A DNA stretch of 43,080 bases from Candidatus Bruticola sp. (GCA_051874735.1 JBJEGD010000018.1:1-43080), one strand, 5' to 3'; numbered from the stretch's first letter, positions 1 through 10,293 are shown. Program-made: numbers and translations. Notes: a model not told the origin generated them from the letters alone.

Positions 1-1
1 T

Positions 2-400
2 AGACGAAACTTAGCTTTAGTTTCTCCCTTGCTGTCTAAAGTTGGTTTAAGTCTAGGTAAAGTTGTTTGGTCTGTTTCTGATAAAGCTGCCGGTGAGGTC
101 ATTTCGCAGAGTCCTCCCAGTGGAGCTGCAGCTATGAGCGACAGCGAGGTTACTTTAGAAGTTTCTGTCGGCTCTTCCTCAAATAATATACTGGTGCATC
201 ACAAGTTGGAAATTTTTCTTCCCGGTGGCAGTGAGCCTAGCGAAGTGCGTGTAGTATTGTTAAGTCCCGAAGGAGAGGAAGAAGTCTACCGAGCTTCTCA
301 CGTAGTTAACGACGTCGTAAAACTATGGGTTGCCGGACGTCCCGGCAGTGAAGCAGAAGTCTATATTAATAACAAATTATTTATGAGGGATAAACTTTAA
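2..400 (+). CDS. C-terminal part of a PASTA-domain protein (possibly a PrkC/PknB-type Ser/Thr kinase); 5' end lies outside the window
   Basis: Frame is open from position 2. RNLALVSPLLSKVGLSLGKV..GEVISQSPPSG..VTLEVSVG fits a PASTA repeat. Lies directly upstream of rpe, as in Bacillota prkC-(rsgA)-rpe operons. Confidence 0.7.
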   Translation, partial: RRNLALVSPLLSKVGLSLGKVVWSVSDKAAGEVISQSPPSGAAAMSDSEVTLEVSVGSSSNNILVHHKLEIFLPGGSEPSEVRVVLLSPEGEEEVYRASHVVNDVVKLWVAGRPGSEAEVYINNKLFMRDKL

Positions 401-407
401 TAAATAT

Positions 408-1049
408 ATGAATAAGATTATCGTTTCCGCTTCTGTATTATCGGCCGACTTTCTGCACCTGGCCGACGATTTAGAGAATGTCTGCGCCAGTGGAGCCGAT
501 CAGCTCCATATAGACATTATGGACGGTCACTATGTACCTAACTTGAGTTTCGGAGGGCCTCTGCTTAAAGCTATCGCTAAAATCAGCCGCGTACCTCTCG
601 ATGTGCATTTTATGGTCACAAATCCTCTAGATTATGTCGATCTCTGCCGTCAATGTGGAGTCAAAACTATGACTGTTCACCCTGAAGTTGTAGTTCATTT
701 GGATAAAGCTTTAGCTCAAATTCGCGAGGCTGGCCTGGAGGCTGGAGTTGCTTTGAATCCGGCTACGCCGCCTGAAATTTTGGAATATGTGCTCGATAAA
801 ATCGATTTTGCCTTAGTTATGAGCGTTAACCCTGGTTTTTCAGGACAGAAATTTATCAGCAGTTCTGTGAAAAAGATTGCTAAGCTTCGCTCTATGTTAG
901 GAAGCAATGTGCGTATAGGCGTAGACGGCGGCGTTTCTCCACAGACAGCTCCTTTGTGCTTAGAGGCTGGGGCTGATACTTTGATTGCTGCTACCGCTAT
1001 TTTCGGTCAGTCGGATTATGCTCAGGCTATTAAGCTGCTGCGCGGATAA
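408..1049 (+). CDS. rpe: Ribulose-phosphate 3-epimerase
   Basis: Motifs SVLSADF, LHIDIMDGHYVPNLSFG, DVHFMV, MSVNPGFSGQKF, VDGGV. Confidence 0.97.
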   Translation: MNKIIVSASVLSADFLHLADDLENVCASGADQLHIDIMDGHYVPNLSFGGPLLKAIAKISRVPLDVHFMVTNPLDYVDLCRQCGVKTMTVHPEVVVHLDKALAQIREAGLEAGVALNPATPPEILEYVLDKIDFALVMSVNPGFSGQKFISSSVKKIAKLRSMLGSNVRIGVDGGVSPQTAPLCLEAGADTLIAATAIFGQSDYAQAIKLLRG

Positions 1050-1102
1050 TATTGATGTGAGGACAAGATTTTATTGAGAGTGAGGCCTGAAAAGCAAAAG
1101 CT

Positions 1103-2440
1103 ATGAAAGGGAACTTAAAAAATTTGTTCTGCAGGCTGCTGCTGACTATTCTGTCTCTTTCAGTATTGCAGGCTGGCTGCTCTTTTTTGGGCTATTTTGC
1201 TGCTGAACTTTCAGTTTCCGTTACTAATGACAAAAATCATATATTAGCTGTAGAAGGGCACTCTAGCATGCCGGATGAGACGCCCGTCAGCGTAGTCTTG
1301 CGTGAAGAAAAAGATGTAATTGCTAAAAGTATCACCTCTGTAAAACGTGGAGCCTTTGCTGTGGCTCTCGACTTAAGCACTGCGCCTGGCAACTGTGCTT
1401 TAACTTTGGAAGTCGTTCTCGATCCGTCCAAAGGGCCGGCATCTGTACAAAAAATAACTGGCAAGCATGGTGAATTTTTATACGGTAGTCAAGTTGAAGA
1501 GATAGGTAACTCCTGTTTTCTGGCTGAGCGTTTGCGCCTAGTTTTACCTATGAGCAGGCGCATGGTAGCTATTAGGCGGGCGATGGCGGGCGACTACGGT
1601 CGAGCTATCGCCAATTTGGAAGACATCTTGGCTGTGGAACCCAACGATGAAGAAGTAAAAGCTTGGTTAGCTTATTCTTTGCTCAGCCGCGATCCGCATG
1701 AGGATAAGTTGGGCAGTCGAGCTTATGAGCTGTTAGGTTCAATTAATTTAAAAAAATTGAGCGAACCAATTAGTTCCTATTGTGGTAAATGGCAGGAGCG
1801 TTTAATTGCGCTTAAATCTAAAAAGTCTGCTGAAATTGCTAGAAAAGCGGCTATCGCTAAGAATTTGGCCGCTAAAGCTGCTTTGAAAGATCGTTTAGAG
1901 GCCGGCAGCTTTTTGGGAGGCGTCTATTTGGGGGCTCCAGCCAGAAAAGTCTATGAATTGGCTATCCCCGAGAAATATCCGGCTTGGTTAGGAGATGTAG
2001 TGACTTACCGCATGCCCGATCGCAATGTGGAAGTTTACTTCGATGGTCTGACCTCTGAAGTTATAGAAATTCATACGGAAGATCCTAAGTTTGCCGCTAA
2101 AAATAACGTAGGAGTGGGCAGCACTTTGGGAGATGTCGCTGCCGCCTATCCTAACGGTCGTCTTACTATGGGACAACCGGAGCCGCAGTCCGACGGCAAT
2201 GTAGTTACTTTTGGTGAATATTCTTGTCCGGAAGGACTGGTGTTTTACATTAAGCGTTTAGCTACTAACGAGGGCTTAATTTTGAGTGAAAAAGTCAGAG
2301 GCTTGTCTGTCATTGCTCCTTTTGAATGGGATAGCGACCAGGCAGAACTTGATGAGTCGGTAGAAAAAAGCGCCGACTTAGCCGGAGAAGCTATTGTCAA
2401 TAGTGGCGATTACCCTAAGTCAGTTGCTCCAAGCGAATAA
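1103..2440 (+). CDS. Hypothetical lipoprotein with a TPR-like central segment
   Basis: 445 aa ORF. Hydrophobic N-terminus ends in lipobox-like LQAGC. GDYGRAIANLEDILAVEPNDEEVKAWLAY is TPR-like. Confidence 0.65.
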   Translation: MKGNLKNLFCRLLLTILSLSVLQAGCSFLGYFAAELSVSVTNDKNHILAVEGHSSMPDETPVSVVLREEKDVIAKSITSVKRGAFAVALDLSTAPGNCALTLEVVLDPSKGPASVQKITGKHGEFLYGSQVEEIGNSCFLAERLRLVLPMSRRMVAIRRAMAGDYGRAIANLEDILAVEPNDEEVKAWLAYSLLSRDPHEDKLGSRAYELLGSINLKKLSEPISSYCGKWQERLIALKSKKSAEIARKAAIAKNLAAKAALKDRLEAGSFLGGVYLGAPARKVYELAIPEKYPAWLGDVVTYRMPDRNVEVYFDGLTSEVIEIHTEDPKFAAKNNVGVGSTLGDVAAAYPNGRLTMGQPEPQSDGNVVTFGEYSCPEGLVFYIKRLATNEGLILSEKVRGLSVIAPFEWDSDQAELDESVEKSADLAGEAIVNSGDYPKSVAPSE

Positions 2441-2498
2441 AGCCACTTAGTCTTTAAGGCTGTTGATAAAAAAAAATAATTTTTTTTGCTTAAAGCCC

Positions 2499-2527
2499 TT
2501 GCCAAACGTCGGTCATCCTGGTATACT
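2499..2527 (+). promoter_or_regulatory. sigma70-type promoter of the tRNA operon
   Basis: TTGCCA(2499-2504)-17 bp-TATACT(2522-2527), with an A/T tract upstream. Confidence 0.75.
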
Positions 2528-2585
2528 CTCACACGTCAGAGGCAGAGCCAAAGATATGGTGAGAATGAGAGTTCTCCGAGTTCCC

Positions 2586-2660
2586 GCGAGAGTGGCTCAG
2601 TGGTAGAGCATCGGCTTCCCAAGCCGACGGTCGCGAGTTCGAATCTCGTCTCTCGCTCCA
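2586..2660 (+). tRNA. tRNA-Gly(CCC)
   Basis: Acceptor GCGAGAG/CTCTCGC, anticodon arm TCGGC-TTCCCAA-GCCGA, T-loop TTCGAAT, encoded CCA. Confidence 0.96.
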
Positions 2661-2674
2661 AGTTGATTATAAGT

Positions 2675-2748
2675 GGCGTTGTGGCCGAGTGGCTAGGCGG
2701 AGGTCTGCAAAACCTCTTACAGCAGTTCAATTCTGCTCGACGCCTCCA
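2675..2748 (+). tRNA. tRNA-Cys(GCA)
   Basis: Acceptor GGCGTTG/CGACGCC, anticodon arm GAGGT-CTGCAAA-ACCTC, encoded CCA. Confidence 0.96.
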
Positions 2749-2756
2749 AGGAAAAT

Positions 2757-2833
<77 letters not shown>

Positions 2834-2846
2834 ATCCTTAAGAAGG

Positions 2847-2879
2847 TTCCTACCCTCGCCAAGGGTGGGAATTTTTTTT
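2847..2879 (+). terminator. Intrinsic terminator of the tRNA operon
   Basis: TTCCTACCCT..AGGGTGGGAA hairpin followed by a T tract. Confidence 0.8.
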
Positions 2880-2900
2880 CCTTTCCCACATCGTTATAAT

Positions 2901-2949
2901 AAAAAAGACTTCTCTTATTGAACCTGACAAACAGAGAGAAGTCTTTTTT
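2901..2949. terminator. Bidirectional terminator
   Basis: AAAAAAGACTTCTCT...AGAGAAGTCTTTTTT inverted repeat between convergent transcription units. Confidence 0.75.
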
Positions 2950-3044
2950 GTATATAAGCTCGATGCTTACAACTTGTTTTAACTGTAGCTAGGCGGTTTT
3001 ATTTTAGCTAAGTAGCCTTGTAAAATTATTTTGCCAAGCTTTAT

Positions 3045-3596
3045 TTACTTGAGGTCTGTTTTAGCTGCTCTGTGGGCTAACAACATAAGATCGTTGCCGC
3101 TGACAGGTGACCAAGTCATGAGCACGTACCGAACCTTATTGTATTCCCAGTTGACCGCTTTAGCACCACTGCTGTACTCTGTCAACTGACCCTTAATAGC
3201 GGCGCCGGTGGAAGTAACCATAGAGAATACTTGAGGTTTAGTTTTCGGTTTAGTCATGCGTTTGCTGTCTACTAATGACTCATTGGGATTTTTGGTAGCT
3301 CTGTAATTAAGTTCCGAATTGTTGTAGTTAAGTATAATTTCGCATATACCGCCGTTCACTATCATGTATTGAACGGGCTTGCATCCGGAAATAGGAGAGA
3401 GTTTTATTTTACACTCTTCAGCAAAGGCTTTATTGTTGGCAACTTTGCGCACTGGGCTAGGCAGCTGGGCAATAAGCTGAGCAGAGGGAGCAGCGGCTTC
3501 TTCTGCATAAGCCGGAGCATCTAAAACTGCGGCTCCTCCCATGACAGCTAAACCTAAAATTGCGCTGAGATATTTTTTACTAATTTGAGAAGTCAT
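3045..3596 (-). CDS. Hypothetical secreted protein
   Basis: 183 aa ORF. Signal peptide ends in AYA-EE. AGGAG RBS upstream of the ATG. Confidence 0.75.
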   Translation of the reverse strand: MTSQISKKYLSAILGLAVMGGAAVLDAPAYAEEAAAPSAQLIAQLPSPVRKVANNKAFAEECKIKLSPISGCKPVQYMIVNGGICEIILNYNNSELNYRATKNPNESLVDSKRMTKPKTKPQVFSMVTSTGAAIKGQLTEYSSGAKAVNWEYNKVRYVLMTWSPVSGNDLMLLAHRAAKTDLK

Positions 3597-3784
3597 TTTT
3601 TTAACACTCTCCTTTTGGGCATGAAGGCGATGCTCTGTTGTTTCTGATGTAATGCCGTTTTTCCCCTGTATTTAATACAGTTTTTGCCCGGATAGTTGCG
3701 CACTTTTTTTTGTTTAGCTGCAGCAGGATCCAGTTAGTACAGCAAAAACCTAAACAAGTTCAGCTTTGGCTGCGAGGTTTGTAC

Positions 3785-5182
3785 ATGGCTTCTGTTTTAA
3801 ACGTTTTTTATCAAATTTTTTCTCTTCACTGTTCTTCTGAAGAACTTGAGGAAAAGTTCGCTTCCTCCTATAAACTTGCTTTAGTCGGCAGTCAGGCCAA
3901 TGTCGATTTTATGCTCGAATGTTTGGGCGATTCGGTGACTAATTTCGGCAATGTCGGCTTGCAATCGGAGATCAGTTGCTTTCCGCTGCCCAACCCTAGG
4001 GAACCTGAGCAGGGGAGATTAAAAAATGTTGATGTGGCGATAGTCCATTTGGGCAATCAAATTCCCAGCTTATCTTATTTGCGTTTTTGCCGTGAATCTT
4101 TCCCTGCCCAAGCTAAAGTAATTTTTCTAACTGGCAGCTCTATAATAGGTGATAGTGGCTTATTGAGTAGTTTTGCAGCAGATAATCATTGTGAGCAAGC
4201 AATGCCCAGCGATGAAGAGGCTTGTCGCTTAGCCGAGGAAGCTTTAAATAAAGTTAGAGAGTCCGCTTTAGAGACAGAGTCATCTGGCCAAGTTGTCCCT
4301 GCTTGGCAGGCTGCTCCCGGAGCTTCTTGGTCTGAACTTGAAGAGCAGGAACAAGCTCTGCTTGCGACTGAACTTGAGCTGATCAATGAAGAAAAAGAGG
4401 CTGAAAAAGCCGATAAGGCTGAGCTGGAGCTGAAAGCTACTGTAGCTAATTCTGCCGCTGACAAGCAGTCTCAAGAGCTTAAAGAGTTGCGCTTAGGTCC
4501 GTGTTGGAACAGCAGCAGCCCTCTGTCTTCTTATATAGTTTCTCATCTCGATCTGAATAGTTGCGAATTGTCACCGCGTTTTGATCCTACGTTGCCGTCT
4601 TTAGGAATACTGAGAAATGGTTGCGAGGCCGCCGATTTTTATGCTTATCTTAGTAAGACTTTGGACGGTTGGGTGTACACTTTAGCGCGTGATTACCGAT
4701 CTATGAGAGAAAATATTGTCTCTATAATGATAAAATCGGCAGCCAAAGATTGCGCTGCTGCCGCTGTTGCTTCTGGATCTTTCACCGCTTTGCCAATTAT
4801 TGGCCCGTTTATAGGTTTGTTTGCAGTATCAGGAGAAACTATTTATATAACAGCTAGGCAGCTGCGTTTGGCTCTGCTGATTGGGGCTATTTATGGACGG
4901 CCTATAAACTTCACTGAGCGTATAAGTGAGCTGATCCCAGTTGTCGGCGGAGCTTGGGGGTGGCGTTTGCTGGCTAGAGAGGCGGTAGGTTTTGTGCCAG
5001 TTTTAGGATCCGCCGCTAAAGCGGTGGTAGCCTGGAGCGGTACCTACACAGTAGGACGATTGAGCCAGCACTTTTACCAAACAGGTACTGCTGCCGAAAA
5101 TGATTATAAAGAGCAGATAGTGAAAGAAGCTGATCTGCTTGCCAAACAGGCAGCTTCAGATGTATTGAAAAGTAAGCAATGA
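3785..5182 (+). CDS. Hypothetical protein with a DUF697/YcjF-like C-terminal domain
   Basis: C-terminal pattern LPIIGP..ITARQLRLALLIGAIYG..ELIPVVGGAWGWRLLARE..GFVPVLG..KAVVAWSGTYTVG. Start taken at ATG 3785 (GAGG upstream) instead of the TTG at 3710. Confidence 0.6.
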   Translation: MASVLNVFYQIFSLHCSSEELEEKFASSYKLALVGSQANVDFMLECLGDSVTNFGNVGLQSEISCFPLPNPREPEQGRLKNVDVAIVHLGNQIPSLSYLRFCRESFPAQAKVIFLTGSSIIGDSGLLSSFAADNHCEQAMPSDEEACRLAEEALNKVRESALETESSGQVVPAWQAAPGASWSELEEQEQALLATELELINEEKEAEKADKAELELKATVANSAADKQSQELKELRLGPCWNSSSPLSSYIVSHLDLNSCELSPRFDPTLPSLGILRNGCEAADFYAYLSKTLDGWVYTLARDYRSMRENIVSIMIKSAAKDCAAAAVASGSFTALPIIGPFIGLFAVSGETIYITARQLRLALLIGAIYGRPINFTERISELIPVVGGAWGWRLLAREAVGFVPVLGSAAKAVVAWSGTYTVGRLSQHFYQTGTAAENDYKEQIVKEADLLAKQAASDVLKSKQ

Positions 5183-7242
5183 ATCGCATATTCCGCAATT
5201 TAGTTATTTTTGTCATTATTGGGTTAACCGCCGCTTTGCCTATAATTATGCATAGAGTGCAGAGTGAGCAGCGCAACAATTCTGCTGAAATTTTGTTCGA
5301 TTATGCTGCACTCAACGATTATGCCAGGCGCAGCGGTAACTCACTAGAAGTTATTTTAAGGTGGTGCAAAACTAACGGCGTCAGTGCTGTCGCGGTAGAG
5401 GAGAATAGCCGCGACTCTTTAGCTCTGCGTGGCTTAGCCAGAGCGGCCAACTACTTTGAAATGCTCGATTTACAGGCTCAGAAGCGCATAGACGGGCGTA
5501 TTAAACTAAATCCGATGTGCGCTTATTATGAGGCCAAAGATCGGGAAACAGCTGAAAAGATCAGGCAAGGGGCCGCTTACAGTTTAGGGACCGATCGCGT
5601 TAGACTCGTACCCGACAACAAGGGAAAAATAGTAGAACTGGCTTGCGACATCCGCGATTTGCCTGTTTTGGGGTTAGGCATTCCTTATGACATCGTTCAA
5701 GAACTCAATGAAAAATACGGATTCAAAGTTTGGATTCGTCCGTGGAACAGCCCTCAAATCGATGAAAAAAGCCTAACTAATTTGATACAGACTTATGGGC
5801 GTTTGGCTGAACAAAATCAAATTGAGGGACTGATTTTTGGCGGACTGCGCAATGAAGTTTACGGGTATCCAAAGAATTTAGATAAAGTTTCTCAGCTTTT
5901 AAAAAATACTAAATTAAAAATTGGCGTCATTGAATTGGCCCCTAAAGTGCAGCAAAAGGGCATAATTACTTTAGCTAAAGCTAATCCTGATCGGGTCGTT
6001 AGAGTTATGGCGGTGACTCCTTCACATCAAGCTAAACTCGATCCTGAAGCGGTTGTGGCTATGTACAGCTTGGGGCTGAGGGAGCGTGGCATACGTTTAT
6101 CTTACTGCCGTCCTTATATAGACGGAGTTGATAAGTTCTCTATGGAAGAGGCCAACACGGTGTTTATGAGCGGATTGAACCGCTGGTTAGCGTCGGCCTT
6201 CAGAGGTGAAGCTAGTACTTATCAAGCTAGTGATAATATAGCCCATCCAGGCTTTACTTGGTGGAGTTTGGCCGTAGTACTGATTGGTGGTAGCATTGCC
6301 GCTAGTTTGTGTTTGCTGCTCAGTCTGCTGCATTTTTGCCCGTCTAAATATACAAATGCTTTAGGAGCGGTTATTTTTGCTGTCACAGCTCTCAGCTGTA
6401 TCTCCGGTTTGGGCTGCCATCTGGTGCGTATGGCTTTAGCCTTGCTGGCGGTCACTCTCTATCCCATATTAGCTTACGTGCTGTTGACTCCAATTTGGGA
6501 AAAGGCTGAAAGATATACCGGCATTTGGCAAGCTGTAGGCGATGGCTTAGCTGTAATGGCTGTAGCGACAAGCTTAACTTTGTACAGTGGTCTTTTGGCC
6601 GGAGCTTTGTTGAGTGACTTAAATTATATGCTGAGCTTAGATGTCTTCCGAGGCGTTAAGTTGCACAGTCTGCTGGTGCCTCTCCTCACGTTTATCATTT
6701 GGTTAGCCCAGCAGCGTCGGCGTGGTGGTCTCGATTCTTTAATTGCCTTTTTAGAGACCAATGTCAAGCTTTGGCACGTAGTGATTTTCTTTATTTTTGC
6801 TATTTTGGCCGCTTTTTACTTAATACGTACAGGCAATAGCGGCGGTGATTTGGTTGTAAGCGAATCTGAGCGAGCTCTGCGCCGTTGGCTTGACTACGCT
6901 TTAGGAGTAAGACCGCGCTTTAAAGAATTTTTGTTGGGCAACCCCGCTTTGGTATTGCTGCCCGTTTTTGTATTCCTGCGCTGGAAAGGGTGTATTCCGC
7001 TAGCTGTTTTAGCTAGTGCCATAGGCTTAGCTTCTCTTTCTGATACCTACGGTCATATTCATACACCTATGTTGGTATCGCTGCAGCGCACCGTGAATGG
7101 GGTCTTTATAGGCGGTTTTATAGGTGTAGTAACTGCTTTAGTATGCTGCTGGGTCAAGCAGCTGCTGACTCCTTATCTGGCTAAGTTGCTGGCGCAAAAT
7201 GACCAAGTTCCACTAGCGCTCCATTCTGAAAGTGAAGGTTAG
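5179..7242 (+). CDS. DUF5693-like multi-pass membrane protein, typical csaB neighbour
   Basis: N-terminal TM helix, large soluble domain, then many TM helices. Motifs FRGVKL, YLIRTGN, GVRPRFKEFLLGNP, HIHTP. Family name is from recall, not a search. Confidence 0.75.
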   Translation: MNRIFRNLVIFVIIGLTAALPIIMHRVQSEQRNNSAEILFDYAALNDYARRSGNSLEVILRWCKTNGVSAVAVEENSRDSLALRGLARAANYFEMLDLQAQKRIDGRIKLNPMCAYYEAKDRETAEKIRQGAAYSLGTDRVRLVPDNKGKIVELACDIRDLPVLGLGIPYDIVQELNEKYGFKVWIRPWNSPQIDEKSLTNLIQTYGRLAEQNQIEGLIFGGLRNEVYGYPKNLDKVSQLLKNTKLKIGVIELAPKVQQKGIITLAKANPDRVVRVMAVTPSHQAKLDPEAVVAMYSLGLRERGIRLSYCRPYIDGVDKFSMEEANTVFMSGLNRWLASAFRGEASTYQASDNIAHPGFTWWSLAVVLIGGSIAASLCLLLSLLHFCPSKYTNALGAVIFAVTALSCISGLGCHLVRMALALLAVTLYPILAYVLLTPIWEKAERYTGIWQAVGDGLAVMAVATSLTLYSGLLAGALLSDLNYMLSLDVFRGVKLHSLLVPLLTFIIWLAQQRRRGGLDSLIAFLETNVKLWHVVIFFIFAILAAFYLIRTGNSGGDLVVSESERALRRWLDYALGVRPRFKEFLLGNPALVLLPVFVFLRWKGCIPLAVLASAIGLASLSDTYGHIHTPMLVSLQRTVNGVFIGGFIGVVTALVCCWVKQLLTPYLAKLLAQNDQVPLALHSESEG

Positions 7243-7247
7243 TCGCT

Positions 7248-8339
7248 GTGGGTAAAAAAATTCTGCTTTCTGGTTATTTTGGTTTTGATAATATCGGTGA
7301 TGAGGCGATTTTAGAGGCGGAATGCGCTCAGTTGCGCCGTCTTGATCCCGATGTGGAACTTAGTGCTTTAATTGATAATAAGGCTAGAGCTGAAGAACTC
7401 CGTTTGCGGGCTTATAAGCGCAAGTCGCTGTGGCAAATTTATAAAGCTATATCGTCTTGCGATTTAGTTATTTCGGGAGGAGGTGGACTGTTTCAAGATT
7501 CTACTGGTGTATCCAGCGTTATGTATTACGGGGCTATTTTGGCTATGGCAGCTATTTTGAATAAGCCAAGTTTTATTTTCAGCCAGGGCTTTGGTCCTAT
7601 ACGCACCGATTTAGGTAAAATGCTGGCTAGGCAACTGCTGCCTTTAGCTAGCCGGGCCTCTTTCCGCGATGAAGAATCATTACAAGAATTTAAAAAATAC
7701 GCTCCGAAAGTGGAGGCTGTTTTAACAGCTGATCCTGCCTTTCTACTTCCTTCTGAAAATAAAGAATTATCGCTTGCAGTTTGGCAAAGATGCGGTTTTG
7801 ATACGATTCAAGCTCCTATAGCGGTAGTCTCTCTGCGCTCATGGTTCGGTCTAGAGTTGGCTTCAAAGGCTGAAGCTTTTAATAATTGGTTGGCTGAGTT
7901 TTCCGATGAGGATAGGCCCCATTTGTTGGTACTGCCCATGCAATACTGGTACGATGAAGGCATATCTAAGCGTTTTATATCGCTACTAAAATATCCGTGC
8001 ACCTTGGCCCCTCAGCTTAAAGCTGATGAAATTGCCGCTTTGTTGGCAGCTGACAAAATAGAAATGGCCGCTGCTATGAGATTGCATACTGTTATTTTGG
8101 CCGCAGCTGTTTCTAAAGCTACTTTGGGTATAGCGTATGATCCTAAAGTAAGTCGCATATGTCAATTATGTGGGGCTCCTTGGCTACCTTTAGAAAAGCT
8201 CAAACCAGCTGAATTAAGTAATAAACTGCGTGAAACTTGGCAAAATCGTGTCAAATTAGGCCAAGAAATTGGTGAAAATGCAAAAAATATGCGTGATAAA
8301 GCTTTGCAGGCTTTTAATATCGCTTTGGAGATGATATGA
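7248..8339 (+). CDS. csaB: Polysaccharide pyruvyl transferase CsaB
   Basis: ILLSGYFGFDNIGDEAIL, SGGGGLFQDSTG, QGFGP, FRDEES, ADPAF, MRLHTVI, IAYDPKV. Confidence 0.9.
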   Translation: MGKKILLSGYFGFDNIGDEAILEAECAQLRRLDPDVELSALIDNKARAEELRLRAYKRKSLWQIYKAISSCDLVISGGGGLFQDSTGVSSVMYYGAILAMAAILNKPSFIFSQGFGPIRTDLGKMLARQLLPLASRASFRDEESLQEFKKYAPKVEAVLTADPAFLLPSENKELSLAVWQRCGFDTIQAPIAVVSLRSWFGLELASKAEAFNNWLAEFSDEDRPHLLVLPMQYWYDEGISKRFISLLKYPCTLAPQLKADEIAALLAADKIEMAAAMRLHTVILAAAVSKATLGIAYDPKVSRICQLCGAPWLPLEKLKPAELSNKLRETWQNRVKLGQEIGENAKNMRDKALQAFNIALEMI

Positions 8340-8875
8340 GCACTGAACCGAATAAAAATAAAAGAAGCTTTTCTATTTTCATAGGACGAGCGGCTTCTTA
8401 TGCTCAAGTCGGTCTAATTATGATTTTTAGCGTCTACCTGTTGTGGGCTTTTTTAGGCGGCCTAGACGCCCAGTATCTGGTTTATGTAAATAAAGGCTTG
8501 GCCAGTCGCTATGCTGAAATTCTAAATTCGGGAACGGTAGGCGATCAGCTGTTTATAGAAATTCTTACTTTAATCGCCCCTCATATGCATTGGTTCTATT
8601 TAGCTGTGGCTAGCAGTTTAATAGCTTTTCCTTTTTTAGGTTGGCTGTTGGCCCGAATGCTGGACTGTGAACCTAAATGGGCCGGTTTGCTGCCTATTTT
8701 TGGAGTTTTTTCTGGTTTGAATCCAGTACGCTTAGGTGGCGACGGAATTATTGCTGCTTTCACTACTTCAGAACAATTTATAATTTTAGGCTTGCAAATA
8801 CTGTGTATCCATTTTTCTGCTGCTTTTATATATGAGAAGCAGCTTAAAAAACGAAAGCAGAATTTTTCGCTATAA
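8336..8875 (+). CDS. Hypothetical membrane protein (about 4 TM helices)
   Basis: ATGA overlap with the csaB stop codon; several hydrophobic segments. Confidence 0.7.
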   Translation: MSTEPNKNKRSFSIFIGRAASYAQVGLIMIFSVYLLWAFLGGLDAQYLVYVNKGLASRYAEILNSGTVGDQLFIEILTLIAPHMHWFYLAVASSLIAFPFLGWLLARMLDCEPKWAGLLPIFGVFSGLNPVRLGGDGIIAAFTTSEQFIILGLQILCIHFSAAFIYEKQLKKRKQNFSL

Positions 8876-9054
8876 GTACATCTTCAGCTGAGCGGGAAAA
8901 GCTTACTTAAGCTTTATAGTAGGAAGAGGAGAACTGCATTTAAATGTTAGCTAACAAAAAAAACGCCCGGTCGGAGCGTTTGGCATAACTGATGCAATAT
9001 ATAAATTAACCTATTCTCTTAGTGTTACCTAACAAGAAAAGGCCCTACGAAAAA

Positions 9055-9233
9055 GCGGCACGAGAGGTACTCGAACCTGCCTTAGCAGGTGGGCGCTCCT
9101 CTTTCCCGCACTGTCGAGGACTCTAGTCCTCGCCTGAGAGAATCATCTCAAGCCAAGATAATAACTCAACTCTAAATACGGAGTAATGCTCCCAATTAGT
9201 ACATATCGGCTCAATTACTAATCTCGTGCAGCA
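9055..9233 (-). ncRNA. ssrS: 6S RNA
   Basis: About 180-nt rod closed by GCACGAGA/TCTCGTGC. The - strand has TTGAGCCGATAT..GGGAGC and GCGCCCACCTG..GCAGGTTCGAG, like Firmicutes 6S motifs. Own promoter TTGCAT(9291-9296)-17-TATCAT(9268-9273) and a downstream terminator at about 8956-8981. Confidence 0.75.
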
Positions 9234-9298
9234 GAAAAGGTACGCTGGGCGTTTCCTTACGTGCGTAATGATAGCAGTTATACGAATTTTATGCAACA

Positions 9299-9346
9299 AA
9301 AAAAGCCGCTAATAGGCCAAAACTCCTGCTTACTTGGCGGCTTTTT
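9299..9346 (-). terminator. Terminator after trxA
   Basis: AAAAAGCCGCTA...TGGCGGCTTTTT inverted repeat with A/T tracts. Confidence 0.7.
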
Positions 9347-9351
9347 ACGCT

Positions 9352-9669
9352 TTAAAGGGCATTTTGCTCAATAAAATCTTGCAGACGCGATTTATCCAGA
9401 TAACCGACGCTGCGGGCTACAGGCTGACCGTCTTTGAAAATTAAGAGGGTAGGAATGCCTTTGACTTCATAGCGGCGAGCTACGTTAGGGCTTTCATCGG
9501 TGTCAATCTTGACGAATTTAATTTGATCGCGGTAAGTTTCAGCCATTTCTTCTATGACTGGAAGCAGCATTTTACAGGGACCGCACCATTCGGCAAAAAA
9601 GTCGAGTAAAACAGGCATCTCAGAATCGAGAACTTCACTTTTGAAACTGTTGTCATTAATTATCTGCAT
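9352..9669 (-). CDS. trxA: Thioredoxin
   Basis: 105 aa, FFAEWCGPCK active site, GIPTLL. Confidence 0.97.
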   Translation of the reverse strand: MQIINDNSFKSEVLDSEMPVLLDFFAEWCGPCKMLLPVIEEMAETYRDQIKFVKIDTDESPNVARRYEVKGIPTLLIFKDGQPVARSVGYLDKSRLQDFIEQNAL

Positions 9670-9747
9670 AAGAAAATCTGTTAGTTCCTTTTTTTTTATT
9701 TGTGCCTTAGACTGCTGAGGCTGAGCTTTTCAAAGTAACGTAAAACC

Positions 9748-10191
9748 TCAGTCTATCCACATAGAGCCTAAATAAGAAGGATGATAAGTCTGCTTGTTTT
9801 TTATCGCAGCTATTATCTCTTCCGATATAGGAGGGTACATCAATAAGCCATTAAGTTCGTTAATATCGACATATTTGACAGTATAAAGGCGTTCTTCGTC
9901 TCCCACTTTAAGTTGACCGCCAACTTCGCGGGCATAAAATACCACATGAACAACGTGACGAGAATTATCGGGAGCTATAGAGTCAGCAATAAAAGCTAAA
10001 TTACCTACTTCTATGTCGAGATTAGTTTCTTCTTTAAGCTCACGTACCGCGCAAGCAGAAAGAGACTCACCAAATTCAACGCCTCCGCCTGGTAGCAGCC
10101 AATATTTGCGACCGTTTTTTTGATGTTCAACAAGCAGTACTCGACTGCCTTGGCAAAGTATGACAGCTACTCTAATGCGGACTTTTTGCAT
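9748..10191 (-). CDS. NUDIX hydrolase
   Basis: Nudix box PGGGVEFGESLSACAVRELKEETNL. Confidence 0.92.
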   Translation of the reverse strand: MQKVRIRVAVILCQGSRVLLVEHQKNGRKYWLLPGGGVEFGESLSACAVRELKEETNLDIEVGNLAFIADSIAPDNSRHVVHVVFYAREVGGQLKVGDEERLYTVKYVDINELNGLLMYPPISEEIIAAIKNKQTYHPSYLGSMWID

Positions 10192-10293
10192 AAGTACCTC
10201 TCTGCTTTTTTCGATATTCGTCGGGTTTGCGGCTTAATAAATTTTAATGCAGACGCATTGCAATTTCTATAGGCAGAGGCCAAAATGGCTATA

